Below, piece after piece: positions 51,051 to 63,100 of a stretch of DNA of 64,000 bases (position 1 is its first letter; the number at the start of each line of letters is the position of its first letter). The notes below the pieces were generated by a model that saw only the letters and a program-made list of their open reading frames with translations, searched no databases and was not told the origin of the DNA. Made by a program: the position numbers and the translations under genes. This stretch comes from Phyllobates terribilis (Eukaryota). Where the stretch lies: contig NW_027362762.1 of assembly GCF_046119375.1 (NCBI RefSeq), forward strand, positions 603,694,001 through 603,758,000, in the 5' to 3' direction.

Positions 51051-52086
51051 CGTGCAGGCAGACATAGGCCGATGTGACACTACTACTCCCATCGGCCTAT
51101 GTCTGCTGTATCGTGAGAAATTCCCACGGTACAGCAGTGCCGTAAAGGAGGTCTCCGGAGCTGCGCTGCCTGAATGCACTCCGGTGACCTCAGTCAGTGG
51201 CTCCCGCTGCCGGGAGCGGACATGTTCCCGGCAGTGTGAGCTTACAGCAGCCATGCACAGCTGTCACCATCTCCAGATGTGACAGCTGTGCATGAGAGAT
51301 CAGCGCAGGAACGTGGACAGGTAACTATTTTTTTTTAGTAAACTAAGAATTAAATAAAATTGTGTGTTTTATTTCAAATAAATTATTTTTTTCTGGGTCT
51401 AGTGTGTTTTTTCTTTTTAACACTTTGTAGGTTAGTAATGGGGGTGTCTTATAGACGCCCATCATTACTAACCTGGGCTTCATGGCAGCTGGCGCTGACA
51501 TGAACCCCAACCCTATTACCCCTGCCACCGCACCAGGGCAGCGTGGAAGAGCGAGGCTAAGTGACAGAGTTGGCGCATCCTATGGATGCGCCATTTCTGG
51601 GGCGGCTGACGGCTGGTGTTTCTAGCCTGGGAGGGGGCCAATATTCATGGCACCCTTCCTGGGCTATTAATATCAGCCCCCAGCTGTCTGCCTAGCCTTT
51701 GCTAGCTATTAAATAGGGGGTACCCCACGTCATTTTTTGGGGGGGTCCCCCATTTTAATAGCTAGTAAAGGCTAGGTATTCAGCTGGGGGCTCATATTAG
51801 TAGTCTGGGAAGCTCCGTGGGTATTACCCACTTCCCAGGTACCCACTTCCCAGGCTTCAAACATCTGCCCCAGCCATCTGCTTAACCTCCGCTAGAGCCT
51901 AAAATTATGGGGGATCCCCACGCCAATTTTTTTTTAAATAAATCCTTTATTTTAACACTAAATGACATTTGATGAGTTAATAAAGATGCAGTCCCTAAAT
52001 TATTATTTATTTTTTAATTAATTTTTCCCAAAAATTTTGACGTGGGCTTTGCCATATTTTTGTATGCCAGCCAGGTACAGCATCCA

Positions 52087-52785
52087 GCTTCTATGAACGC
52101 GCCATTTTCCGGGGTGGCTGCGGACTGCAATTTGCACCGGGGGGGGGGGGGCAGAAAGCTTGGGCCTCCCTGCGCTGCAGATTCCAGCCCCCAGCTGCCT
52201 AGTTGTACCTGGCTGGACACACAAATAGGGAGAAGCCCCACGTATTTTTTTTTTAAATTATTTCATGAAATTCATGAAATAATAAAGAAAAAAAGGGCTT
52301 CCCTATATTGTTGTGTCCGGCCAGGTACAAATAGGCAGCTGGTGGTTGGGCGCAGCCCGTTCCTGCCTGCTGTACCTGGCTGGACACAAATATAGTGCGA
52401 AGCCCCACGTCAATTTTTTTTTAATTATTTCAGGAAATTCATGAAATAATTAAAAAAAAATTGACGTGGGGCTTCGCACTATATTTGTGTCCAGCCAGGT
52501 ACAGCAGGCAGGAACGGGCTGCCCCCAACCACCAGCTGCCTATTTGTACCTGGCCGGACACAACAATATAGGGAAGCCCCTTTTTTCTTAATTATTTCAT
52601 GAATTTCATGAAATAATTAAAAAAAAAAAATACGTGGGGCTTCGCCCTATTTTTGTGTCCAGCCAGGTACAACTAGGCAGCTGTGGGCTGGAATCCGCAG
52701 CGCAGGGAGGCCCAAGCTTTCTGGGCCCCACCCGCTGCAAATTGCAGTCCGCTTCCACCCCGGAAAATGGCGCGTTCATAGAAGC
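52087..52785. repeat. ~700-bp near-perfect palindrome centred at ~52437
   Basis: Arms GCTTCTATGAACGCGCC... and ...GGCGCGTTCATAGAAGC pair up to the centre with essentially no spacer. Confidence 0.9.
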
Positions 52786-53453
52786 GCCATCTTCTGGCGC
52801 TGTACCCAACTCATCCAGGGCCCTGGTGCGGTGGCTCACTGGGTAATAAAGGGGTTAAGGCCAGCTTGGCATTATCAGCTGGTCCTAAGCCCGAAATTCA
52901 TGGGGTCACGCCAATATTAGACATGACCACTATGAATTTCTAGTAAAGTATTTAAAAAAAACACAACACCCAGAAAAAAGTCCTTTAATTGAAATAAACA
53001 CACAATTCTTTATTGTTCTAAATTAAACTATACTTACCATCACGCCCATTCCAGCTGAAGCCAACGATCTCCTGCAATAAAAGAAAAATAATAAAGCAAC
53101 CTCATCCTTACCTTTCCATGGTTCCCACAACAGCTTCAGCTCTGCTGCATCGAGATGACTGGCTGGACCGCAGCAGAACGCTGCCATCCAGCCTGTCATC
53201 CCGCAGACACTGAGAAGCGCAGTCATGCTTGCGCTCCTCAGTGTCTCTCTGTGACGGCATAAAGATGAGCCGAGGTCATGTCCAATGAACTCAGCTCACC
53301 TCATGCACGTCACTGACAGCGTGGGAAAATTCTCCTGCACTCAGCGCTTCAGCGTGAGAATTTTCCCACGCTGTCAGTGACGTGAATGAGGTGAGGTCAT
53401 GTCCAATGAACTCAGCTCACCTCATGCACATCACTGACAGCGTGGGAAAATTA

Positions 53454-53863
53454 TTGTCGGGTACAGATGCTGAATTGCCGGCCGGCTTTTTTAAAGAGAC
53501 GGTGCATGAAAACACTATTATATTTTTAAATAAATCCTTTACACTAAATGACAAGTACAGTAATCAACACTGTCACTGTACTTCTTATATATGTGACTGA
53601 CATGTTTCTATCTATCTAATCTATGTGTGAAGCTCTATTCTGTCTGTTATAAATTGTCGGGTACCGCAGCTGAATTGCCGGCCGGCTTTTTTAAAGAGAC
53701 GGTGCATGAAAACACTATTATATTTTTAAATAAATCCTTTACACTAAATGACAAGTACAGTAACCAACACTGTCACTGTACTTCATATATATGTGACTGA
53801 CATGTTTCTATCTATCTAATCTATGTGTGAAGCTCTATTCTTTCTGTTGTAAATTGTCGGGTA
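53454..53863. repeat. 200-bp tandem duplication
   Basis: TTGTCGGGTAC at 53454, 53654 and 53854. Confidence 0.9.
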
Positions 53864-56302
53864 CCGGTGTATGCCGCTGATGAATTGCTGGCTTTTCGCG
53901 TAATACATTCTACATTATTCTTAGTTGTTTTACTTCATGTAGAATTAACCTACAAGGAAAGAAAGGGTTTATTTTCATTCCGATATTTGTGTCCCATTGA
54001 CTTGCATTGGTTTCTTGTATCGGAATCGGCGATATCCGATACTTTTTGGGTATCGGTCCGATCCAATCCGATACGATATTTCCTGATATCGGAAGGTATC
54101 GCTCAACACTATCCTTAACATATTTCACAGGAAAGCACTTTCACTTTCGTTTTTGAACGTTTTATTGTGAGCCTGTAAAAGTGTATTAATACCTCTGACC
54201 ACGTTGTTGACAGCAGTGACCTGGGGGTCAGAAATGCTTCCTGGGGCGATCCCCATGCTGTCCCCATGTCATTTGAGCACTGTCACTATCGTTTTGGGCA
54301 CTTGTTAGGCTTTTAAAAGACTGCCGGGGGAGCAGCCGCAAAAATGCTCGAGTCTCCCATAGACTAACATTGGGCTCGTTGCTCGGGTCGAGCACCCGAG
54401 TATCACGGCGAGCTCGGCCCGAGCTTCGAGCACCCGAGCATTTTAGTGCTCGCTCAACACTACTCCTGACAAAACTGGTGTAACTGATCCAGGTTTGTAG
54501 GTCGCCTTGCTCGCACATGCCTTTTCAGCTTTGCCCATAAATTTTTCATAGGATTGAGATCAGGGCTTTGTGATGGCTACTCCAAAACATTGACTTAGTT
54601 ATCCTTAAGCCACTTTGTTACCATATTGGCAGTATGCTTCGGGTCATTGTCCATTTGGAAGAGCCATTTCCGCCCAAGATTTAACTTCCTGGCTGCTGTC
54701 TTGAGATGTTGCTTCATTATAGCCACATAATCTTCTTTTATCATAATGCCATCTATTTTGTGAAGTGCACCAGTCCCTCCTCCAGCAAAACAACCCCACT
54801 ACATGATGCTGCCACCCCCGTGTTTCACAGTTGGGATGGTGTTCTTAGTCTTCCAAACTTGCAGTATCACCTATTAACATATATATACACAGCAGTCTCT
54901 ATACATTATATAGGTGATACTGCAATTTTATACACAATCATAGCACCTATATAATGTATACAGAGAGGTCAAAATACATTATACAGGTAAAACTGATTGC
55001 TGTATATAGTTACATGTTCTATATTGGGACTCACCCAGATCCCTATGATGAAGGGGGTGAAGAGCTGCAGCTTGTCCGTATCAGGCCTGCAGATGAGCGG
55101 ATCCCTGGGGCCGGTGAGCAGAGTGTGAACTCCGCCCCCCAAAAAACGTTCTGACGCTGGTACAGGCCAGGTCAGCATCAGACACAGAGCCCTGTGTGCG
55201 CCCTTTAAAACTTTTGAATAATCCCGTGTGTGCACGAGCTCTCCCCTGCACGCGCTGAGAAGAGCCGCGGCTCACACAAGGGCTGCCTTGTCAGCAGATG
55301 TAAGAGGGAGAGAGTGCACACACAGGGGCTTATTCAAAAGTTTTAAAGGGCCGACGGCCCACGCTACAGCCTGGAGCCCCTAGCCCATCGGACATATGCC
55401 CGCCTTGGCAGATTTCCTGAATTACAGCCACAGCTGTGGTTGCAACACAAAATAAAAGTGAGTGTGGACTTGGTCAAGCTATTTTATCAAGTAAGATTTA
55501 GGAAAACCTGACATAGGCTTTTATTTTTGGAGAGATTTGTAGGAAGGTAATGGGATGGATTTCTCCCTCCAGTCTGGGTCTTGGATGTGGCCTATGTCCA
55601 TGATTACACTTTCAAGTAAGGGTTGGGTGGATCAGTGTTGGTTTGCAAGCAGCAGAGCAAAAAGCTCTGTGTATGTCTGTGTGAAATTGAACACAGACTA
55701 GAGCCAGAGACTAGAGCAAAGCCATTACCACATCCTTGAGTTATACAATTGTCCCATAGGTGGATTATAATGAGAGCAATCTGGGCTACCGCCTGGGGCC
55801 CCAGGCTCTGGGGGGAGCCATGGCCAGATTGCCCTCATTATAATGTGTGCAGCGCCATTGCGGTGCACATATCCCAGCAGGCGGGGGCCCCCCGGACCAC
55901 TCCCCCAGCAGCTGCGCAGGGCCCCTGCTTCTTTGGCAGGGCCAGCAAAGCACCTGTAAACTTGCTTGTATGCTGGCCTGGCTGCGTCACAGCTAGCAGA
56001 CAGAGCCCTGCACTGCTACTTACCACCAGGGAGGAGCTGGACGTCAGGAGCCGAGTGGGGCGATGGTGAGTGGTGAGTGTGTGTGGCACAGTATGTCTGT
56101 CTGTGTGGCACAGTGTGTCTGTCTGTGTGTGTGTGTGGCACAGTGTCTCTGTGTGTGTCTGTGGCACAGTGTGTCTGTGTGTGCAAATATCATTATGTGA
56201 TATGTCTGTTTATATGTATTTTTGTATTGCTATGTGTTTATGCATGTATGTATATGTCTTTGTAAATGTCTGTATATGTTTGGGTGTGTGTGTGCGTGCG
56301 TA

Positions 56303-57238
56303 CGCCTCCTGCTGTATCTGGGGGGCACCATGCGGCCTCCTGCTGCATCTGGGGGGCGGCGTGCGGCCTTCGGCTGTGTGGAGATGGCACCGTGCGGCCT
56401 CCGGATGTGTGGGGATGGCGCCGTGCGGCCTTCGACTGTGTGGAGATGGCACCGTGCGGCCTCCGGCTGTGAGGAGATGGCGCCGAGCGGCCTCCAGTTG
56501 TGTGGAGATGACGCCGTGCGGCCTCCGGCTGTGTGGAGATGGCGCCGTGTGGCCTCCGGCTGTGTGGAGATGGCGCCGTGCGGCCTCCTGCTGTGTATAG
56601 ATGGCGCCGTGCGGCCTCCTGCTGTGTGGAGATGGCGCCGTGCGGCCTCCGGCTGTGTGGAGATGGCGCCGTGCGGCCTCCGGCTGTGTGGAGATGGCGC
56701 CGTGCGGCCTCCGGCTGTGTGGAGATGGCGCCGTGCGGCCTCCGGCTGTGTGGAGATGGCACTGTGCGGCCTCCGGCTGTGTGGAGATGGCGCTGTGTGG
56801 CCTCCGGCTGTGTGGAGATGGCGCCGTGTGGCCTCCTGCTGTGTATAGATGGCGCCGTGCGGCCTCCGGCTGTGTGGAGATGGCACTGTGCGGCCTCCGG
56901 CTGTGTGGAGATGGCGCCATGTGGCCTCCGGCTGTGTGGAGATGGCGCCGTGCGGCCTCCTGCTGTGTATAGATGGCGCCGTGCGGCCTCCTGCTGTGTG
57001 GAGATGGCGCCGTGCGGCCTCCGGCTGTGTGGAGATGGCGCCGTGCGGCCTCCGGCTGTGTGGAGATGGCACCGTGTGGCCTCCGGCTGTGTGGAGATGG
57101 CGCCGTGCGGCCTCCGGCTGTGTGGAGATGGCGCTGTGCGGCCTCCGGCAGATGGCTCCGTGCGGCCTCCGGCTGTGTGGTGATGGCACTGTGCGGCCTC
57201 CTGCTGTGTGGAGATGGCGCCGTGCGGCCTCCAGCTGT
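56303..57238. repeat. 31-bp GC/CpG-rich minisatellite, ~30 copies (resumes at 57824-57862)
   Basis: GGAGATGGCGCCGTGCGGCCTCCGGCTGTGT; period 31 (e.g. 56641 to 56672). Confidence 0.95.
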
Positions 57239-57823
57239 TGTGAGGCAGTGACCGGGATCGTATACGAGGGACGTTATATATCCCCCAGAATGTGTACAGA
57301 GACCTATTAAAATCCATTGGAGTGCATTGCAGTCACACACACAGCTGCGGCTGCAATGCAGGAATGAAGGTGAGCAATGACCTGGTCAGACTACCTGGCT
57401 AAGGCAGATTAAGTAAAACCCGGCAGGGCCTTCATTTCTTGGAGGAGGTCACAAGAGGCAGTGGGGCGGCCTCCTCCCTCCAACCGGGATTTTCCAGTGG
57501 CTCTTGCCACAGGTCCTTTAAAACTCCTGCACTAACTATTAGTGTTGTTCTATGTTGCAACCTGCTAGGAGCACAGCAGATTAGCTCAGCAGGACTGTGT
57601 GTGACTGAACCACTCCCTAGTAAGGCTCTGCACCTGTCAGGCTCTGAGTGGCCCAGCGCAGCCGTTGTCCCCGGCAACCATTGTTTATGGACTCATGTTA
57701 ACCCGGCTGCGAACCAGAGGACTTTCTGTTTACCCGTGAGTTGCTGAATAAAAGCTGTTTATGCTGGACTTGTTTTGGGTCACTGCTTCAGTTACTGCAT
57801 GGTGTGAACACCGCCGCCTTACA
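57239..57823 (+). mobile_element. Solo LTR (585 bp) inserted in the minisatellite
   Basis: TGTGAGG...CCTTACA; TSD CTGT; AATAAA at 57747. Confidence 0.85.
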
Positions 57824-57886
57824 CTGTGTATAGATGGCACCGTGCGGCCTCCGGCTGTGTATAGGAAGATTATGTGGAAGCTCATG

Positions 57887-59074
57887 TGTGGCGCCCCTGA
57901 GGGTTCGGTCACCACAGAGGTATTGCATCTCACCCAGAGGTGTGGTATCTCACTCTCAGGTAAGGAAGGAGTATGGCTCAGGACCCTAACACTACATCCA
58001 CTACACCACATTTCCGGGGGACAGGGCGAGATTGCTCCTACGGGAGAGCACAGTCCCTGATCCCTGGCTGGAGTGGGGAGGAACCACTTAGAGAGGGGGA
58101 ACTATGTAGTGGATGGGTGGAGGACGTAGATTCTGGGAGCACGGTAGTAGAAGGTATAATAGGAAGGAACCATCTTGGTTCAAGGAGTGGAGAGAGTTCA
58201 GTCCAGTCAGTCAGACTGAGGTGCTGACAGGGGGCAGAGGCTCTGTATGAGCTCTCCTCCACAGGCAGGCCCAGCCGGGAGGAAGGCTCCAGGACGAGGA
58301 GTGAAGGGACCCTAGGGGTACGGGCCGTGCAGCCGCCACCCGTACTCCCGCCGCTGCCAGTAGGCCGGGGGGTCAGGCCAAAGAAGAGGAACAGGGTCCC
58401 CCAGCCAGCGGAGACTACAGGGCTCAACTGGGAACCAGAGGCTGCAGCACTTCAAGTACAGCAGGCCGTCCACACCAGCCACTAGGAAAGTAGCCACATA
58501 GGGTCAGGGGACGGAACACACGTCACCCGCTAAGGTCCAAGGACACTGGACAGAGGTGCCGCTAGGTGTGAGGTACATGGAGAGAGGCCAGAGAGGACAC
58601 ACAGAAGGGGGTCCTGCTAAATGCTCCAGAGGTACCTGGGAGTCGACTGAGCCCCTGAATCGGTAAACACAGGACGACGCAGGAAGTTATAAACCTGCAG
58701 TAATAACTTGGAGTGAAATAACTGTGAGTAAAGACCCTGAGACTGCATTGCAAAGGCTCCGTGTTATCATTACTGATCCCGGCACTACCACCACCATCAT
58801 CCACCCATGCTGCCCTGAAGCTACACTCCATCTGTGGGGAGTCACATCACCTAGCTGCACATACCACCAGCTTCAGCGGACTGCACCGCAGCGGCGGTTA
58901 CCGATAACCGCAATCCACAGGTGGCGTAGTCGGACATTAATATTTGTGCACATAGACTACTACCCTGGTTTGACCGCCCTGGGTCACGGACTGGGTCACC
59001 GCCACGGTGACTACAACCCCCAGCATCTACAGGCCCGGATCCGGGTGCCCCCCTACGGCCCAAGGGGCACGTCA
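57887..59074 (+). mobile_element. Solo LTR-like unit D (TGTGGC...CGTCA family)
   Basis: TSD CATG; internal CCACA-GG-TGGCGTAGTCGG at 58922. Confidence 0.8.
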
Positions 59075-59403
59075 CATGCTGTATGTGGGGGCTCATATTG
59101 TATGTAAGGTCTCATACTATATATAGGGGGATGTCAGCATACTTAATTGTGCTCAATATTAAGTCATGCAATTAATGTAAAAAAATAATTATAGTTAATA
59201 TTATGCAGAATTAATTTCACATGAACTATCAAAGGGGGATCATGTGACATGTCACATAAGGTGTGTGTGTGGGGGGGCCCACGCCTTCTAAACTGCCCGG
59301 GGCCCTTGCTATTCTTAATCCACCCATGGATGGTCCAGTCGCCAATGGCAATGGACTGATATGCACAGATATGGACGTTTTGGCTGCGAACCGGATGATA
59401 AAG

Positions 59404-60135
59404 TGTAACACGAGCACTTTAGATGCAGCGACACAGAAACACAGAGCAGCCAATAAGGGGTTAATAAACAGGGGAAGTTTATAATAACAGGGTAAATCTC
59501 CACGCAGGGAGTATCAGAGGAAAAACAAGGGAAAAGCAGGTAAAAGTCTATCACTGACAGTTCACAATTTAACTGGATGTAGCAGAGTCAAACCGGTTAT
59601 AATCAACAGTTTTTTTTCACTTAGCTGACTCTCGCTCCTCACAAGGCAGATGCACGCTGATGCCGGTGTTGATTTTTCAGGCGTTCCCACCCAAACAATG
59701 CTCTGTCTTCTGGCGGCAGCGGGCGGTCTCCTGTTTTACCCACTGAGCCCCTAGTCCATAACACAGCACCTCACGTGCCCGGCTCCACCGACCCTGCGTC
59801 TCTTCTCTAGTCGGCCTGACTCCTCCGGTCAACTGCACTCGGCTCTTGCTCCCAGTCCTGGAGCCAGGAGCCTGGACCCTCTCACACTGCTCTGCTGAGC
59901 CGGATCCAGCTCCGCTTTCCCGCACAAAACGTACTCATCTCTTCCTCCCTCTAGTCACACCTGGAGTCCCTCTGTCACCTGACCTCCCAGCTCTCTCTCT
60001 CGACACACTCCCTGCTTCCCTGTCACATGACTCCTCTGCTTGCAGTCTGTCTTCCCCCTGCAACAAGAGGTACGGACCCGGCAGTTCTGGATCCCTTGCT
60101 CTGAAAGTACTTACACCCCGGTCTTCCCCCTTACA
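59404..60135 (-). repeat. Gypsy 3' LTR (732 bp)
   Basis: TGTAA at 60135 after GGAGAGCGGGAG; ends TTACA at 59404. Confidence 0.65.
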
Positions 60136-60198
60136 CTCCCGCTCTCCATTAACTCGACATTCCACGGGCGAGAGTTCCTTCATCAAACGTTCACATTC

Positions 60199-63100
60199 TT
60201 AGACTTCCTGGACGATTCGGTACCATATGAATTGATCTTGTTCGTAACATTGAGGAGGCACTCCTGCTGTTGTCCGTTTTGACCGGCGTAACTCAGTTTG
60301 ACCGATGGGGGGTGCAGGGTCACTCGGATTTCCAATCTCCGCCTGCCCGGTGGCTTCAACCGATGTTGTTCCCTCGCCGCCTGCACTGGGGACTGCAGGT
60401 AATCGAGTGCTGGGGCTCGGAGGTAGAATAAACAACTCTTCTTCGTCCACATTGTGGCTTAGGGCAACTGTGACAGGTCCCTCTCTAGAAGCAGGTGATT
60501 CTTCTCCACCCTCGTCATCTTTAGACAGACAGGGTCGCAGCATACTATGATGAACCCACTCTGGTAGGGGCTCCTTCAGCTCGCTCGGGTTGAACTTCAT
60601 ACACAGGTCCTTCAGCGCCAATCCTGCACTTCACTCGGTGCGGGGTCCATTCCCACCGCCTACTCAATTTGCCCCGGGGCCGCCTGTCCCGAACCAACAC
60701 CTGCTCCCCGGGCCTCAGAGCTGTCCCTCAAAGAGGCAATGTCTCATGATGTTTGAGCTCCTGAAACTTTTGTTGTACCAACCGTCGGAGGGTCTGCAGT
60801 CAGTGTCGATGTTCTCGGACCCAGGAAGACACCCCCGTCCGTAGGTAGTCCTCCTCGGGGTCCAGCTCTAACTCGGTGATCTCTCGCCCCTTTCGTCCGA
60901 ACAGCAAGGTATAAAGAGTGAACCCCGTCATACTATTCACTCGGTTGTTGTAGACCCACACCAGCTCGGCCACAAACTCAGGCCATCGTACCTTCCGATC
61001 TTCCTCCAACATGCGATGCATTTTGATCAGTGTCCGATTAAAGCATTCACAGGCCCTATTTCCTTGAGGGTGGTAAGGAGTAGTCCGTGACTTCTCAATC
61101 TTGTACAACCGGTGCAGCTCTTCCATCACCCGGCCTTGGAAGCAGGCGCCTTGATCATAATGAATCCACTTTGGGCAGCCGTACACCCGAATGAAGTCTC
61201 GGCAGATGGCCTGCGCAGCTGACTCGGCGGTCTGGTCTCTGGTCGGGGTCATTACCACAAACTTGGTGAAGTGGTCTGTCATTACCAGGCAATGTTCATA
61301 CCCGAGATGCGTGGGTCCAACAGTCAAATAGTCGATCATAAGCACCTCCAAGGGGGCAGAAGTCACAATAGTTTGTATGGGGACCCACTGCTCCGGGGGC
61401 TTTACCAGCTCACAGCTCCGACATCTTCGACAACTGTCTTCTATTGTTGCTCGCAGTTGGGGATGATACACCAGCCTCTGCAACCACTGAAACGTCTTCT
61501 CTGGGCTGAAGTGAGCCCCTCGTTCATGAGCCTCCTTCCCCAAACCAGGGCCAGCAACTCTAATTTGAAAGAGCTATAATTATCTGGGTTCCTCTCGGAG
61601 TCGTGAAGGGAGCGGCTGGCGTACGCAATCACGCGCTCTTTCCCCTCCTGTACTTGGGATAACACGGCTCCCAGACCATGTAGGCTCCCATCAGTGTGGA
61701 GTATGAAGGGTTGGGAGAAATTCGCATAGGCAAGTATTGGGGTCTCGGTCAGGGCCATTTTTAGGGCACAGAAGGCCTCTTCCTGGCTGCTTCCCCACCA
61801 AATCACTTGATTCTTGGAGCCCGCCGTCACTTCCTTAAGTAGCTCCAGCAATGGGTTGGCTATGCGGGTGAAGTTCTTCACGAATCTTTGGTAGTACCCG
61901 GCAAGTCCTAGGAAGGCCCGAATGTCCTTCACTGTCTTCGGGGTAGGCCACTCCTGTATGGCGGCCACCTTTTCCTGGGTGGGCCTGACTCCTTCACCGG
62001 ACACAGTATGACCGAGATATTCGATCTTTTTGCGGAACAGGTGGCACTTCTGGGGCTTCACCTTTAGGCCATGACTCTGTAGGCGACTCAGTACTTGCAC
62101 CAGTCGCTGGAGGTGCTCCTCGAAGGTGGCGGCATAGACAATTATGTCGTCAAGGTAAATCAGTGTCGCCTCAAAGTTCAAATTGCCAAGGCGCCTCTCC
62201 ATCAGACGCTGGAACGTCCCGGGGGCGTTAGTCAGGCCGAAGGGCATCCGATTGAACTCGAACAGTCCCATGGGTAATATGAACGCTGTCTTTGCACGGT
62301 CATGTTCGGCCACGGGCACCTGCCAGTACCCACTGGCCAGATCCAAAGAGGAGAAGTATCTTGCCTTCCCTAAGGCCGACAAGGACTCTTCGATTCGGGG
62401 TAGTGGGTAAGAGTCCCATACTGTACAGGCATTCAGCCATCTATAGTCCACACAGAACCGCAGTGTCCCATCTTTCTTCCGGACAAGGACAATCGGGGCC
62501 GCTCATGGACTCTGACTCTCCCGTATCACACCATTCTGTAACATATGGGCTAGCATCTCCTTAACCTCTTTATACATCTGGGGAGGTATCTGCCGGTATC
62601 TCTCCCGCACTGGGGCAGTGCTCCCCGTGGGAATCTCGTGGGTAATGGCTTCGTTGCAACCAAAATCATCCTCATGGCGAGCAAAGACTTCCTGGTACCG
62701 CTCCAGCACCTCCTCAACCTGCTGCACCTGTCGAGGTGTAAGTCCCATCAATTCAGCTCGCATTCATTCTAGGATTATTCGTCCCCCCTTCGCACTAGTC
62801 TGATGGGATTCTGGCAGCACGGTGACCGCCAGAGTCCAGGGGTCTCCTCGTACAGCGGACAGCTGTACCACATCAGGTCGCACCAACTTCTCTGGCATTC
62901 CCAGAATCTGGGATATTTCCGCCCTGGGAGGGAGTGTGAGATAATCTTCGCCCAGATTAACACACCGCACTATAACATTGCCACCCTGGACGGTGGCCAG
63001 TGTTCGAGCCACCAAGAGTCCGGGGGGTACTTTGTCCATCGATGTTGGTTCTATCTGAACTTCGACCCCCTCAAGACGTGTGCAGGCCCGTGCGGGTAAC

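Larger units (their letters stand above)
50523..54462. mobile_element. Non-autonomous hAT element (3.9 kb) with cargo
   Basis: TIRs TAGTGTTGAGCG / CGCTCAACACTA; perfect 8-bp TSD CTCCTGAC; related to the ends of 37333-45345; an extra orphan TIR ends at 54111. Confidence 0.9.
47331..54860 (-). mobile_element. Sleeping-Beauty/Tdr1-like Tc1 fragment, split by two later insertions (pieces 47331-47399, 50469-50522, 54463-~54860)
   Basis: TA|CAGTTGAAATCAGAAGTTTAC TIR; the pieces rejoin through the CTTC and CTCCTGAC duplications into continuous Tc1 sequence. Confidence 0.75.
55755..59328. mobile_element. hAT-type non-autonomous element hosting a minisatellite and two LTR insertions
   Basis: TIR CATRGGTGGATTA at both ends; 8-bp flanks AATTGTCC / GATGGTCC (6/8 match). 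Confidence 0.55.

Noticed and set aside
50784-51282. Cys-rich, metallothionein- or keratin-associated-like ORFs
   Set aside because: Arise from a GT-rich 30-bp minisatellite.
56303-57238. CRISPR-like appearance of the ~30-bp repeats (also 13488-13624 and 10379-10484)
   Set aside because: Head-to-tail units without unique spacers, no cas genes, vertebrate context.
56210-57340. Many long ORFs (up to 376 aa) on both strands
   Set aside because: Translations of the 31-bp minisatellite; no non-repetitive coding context.
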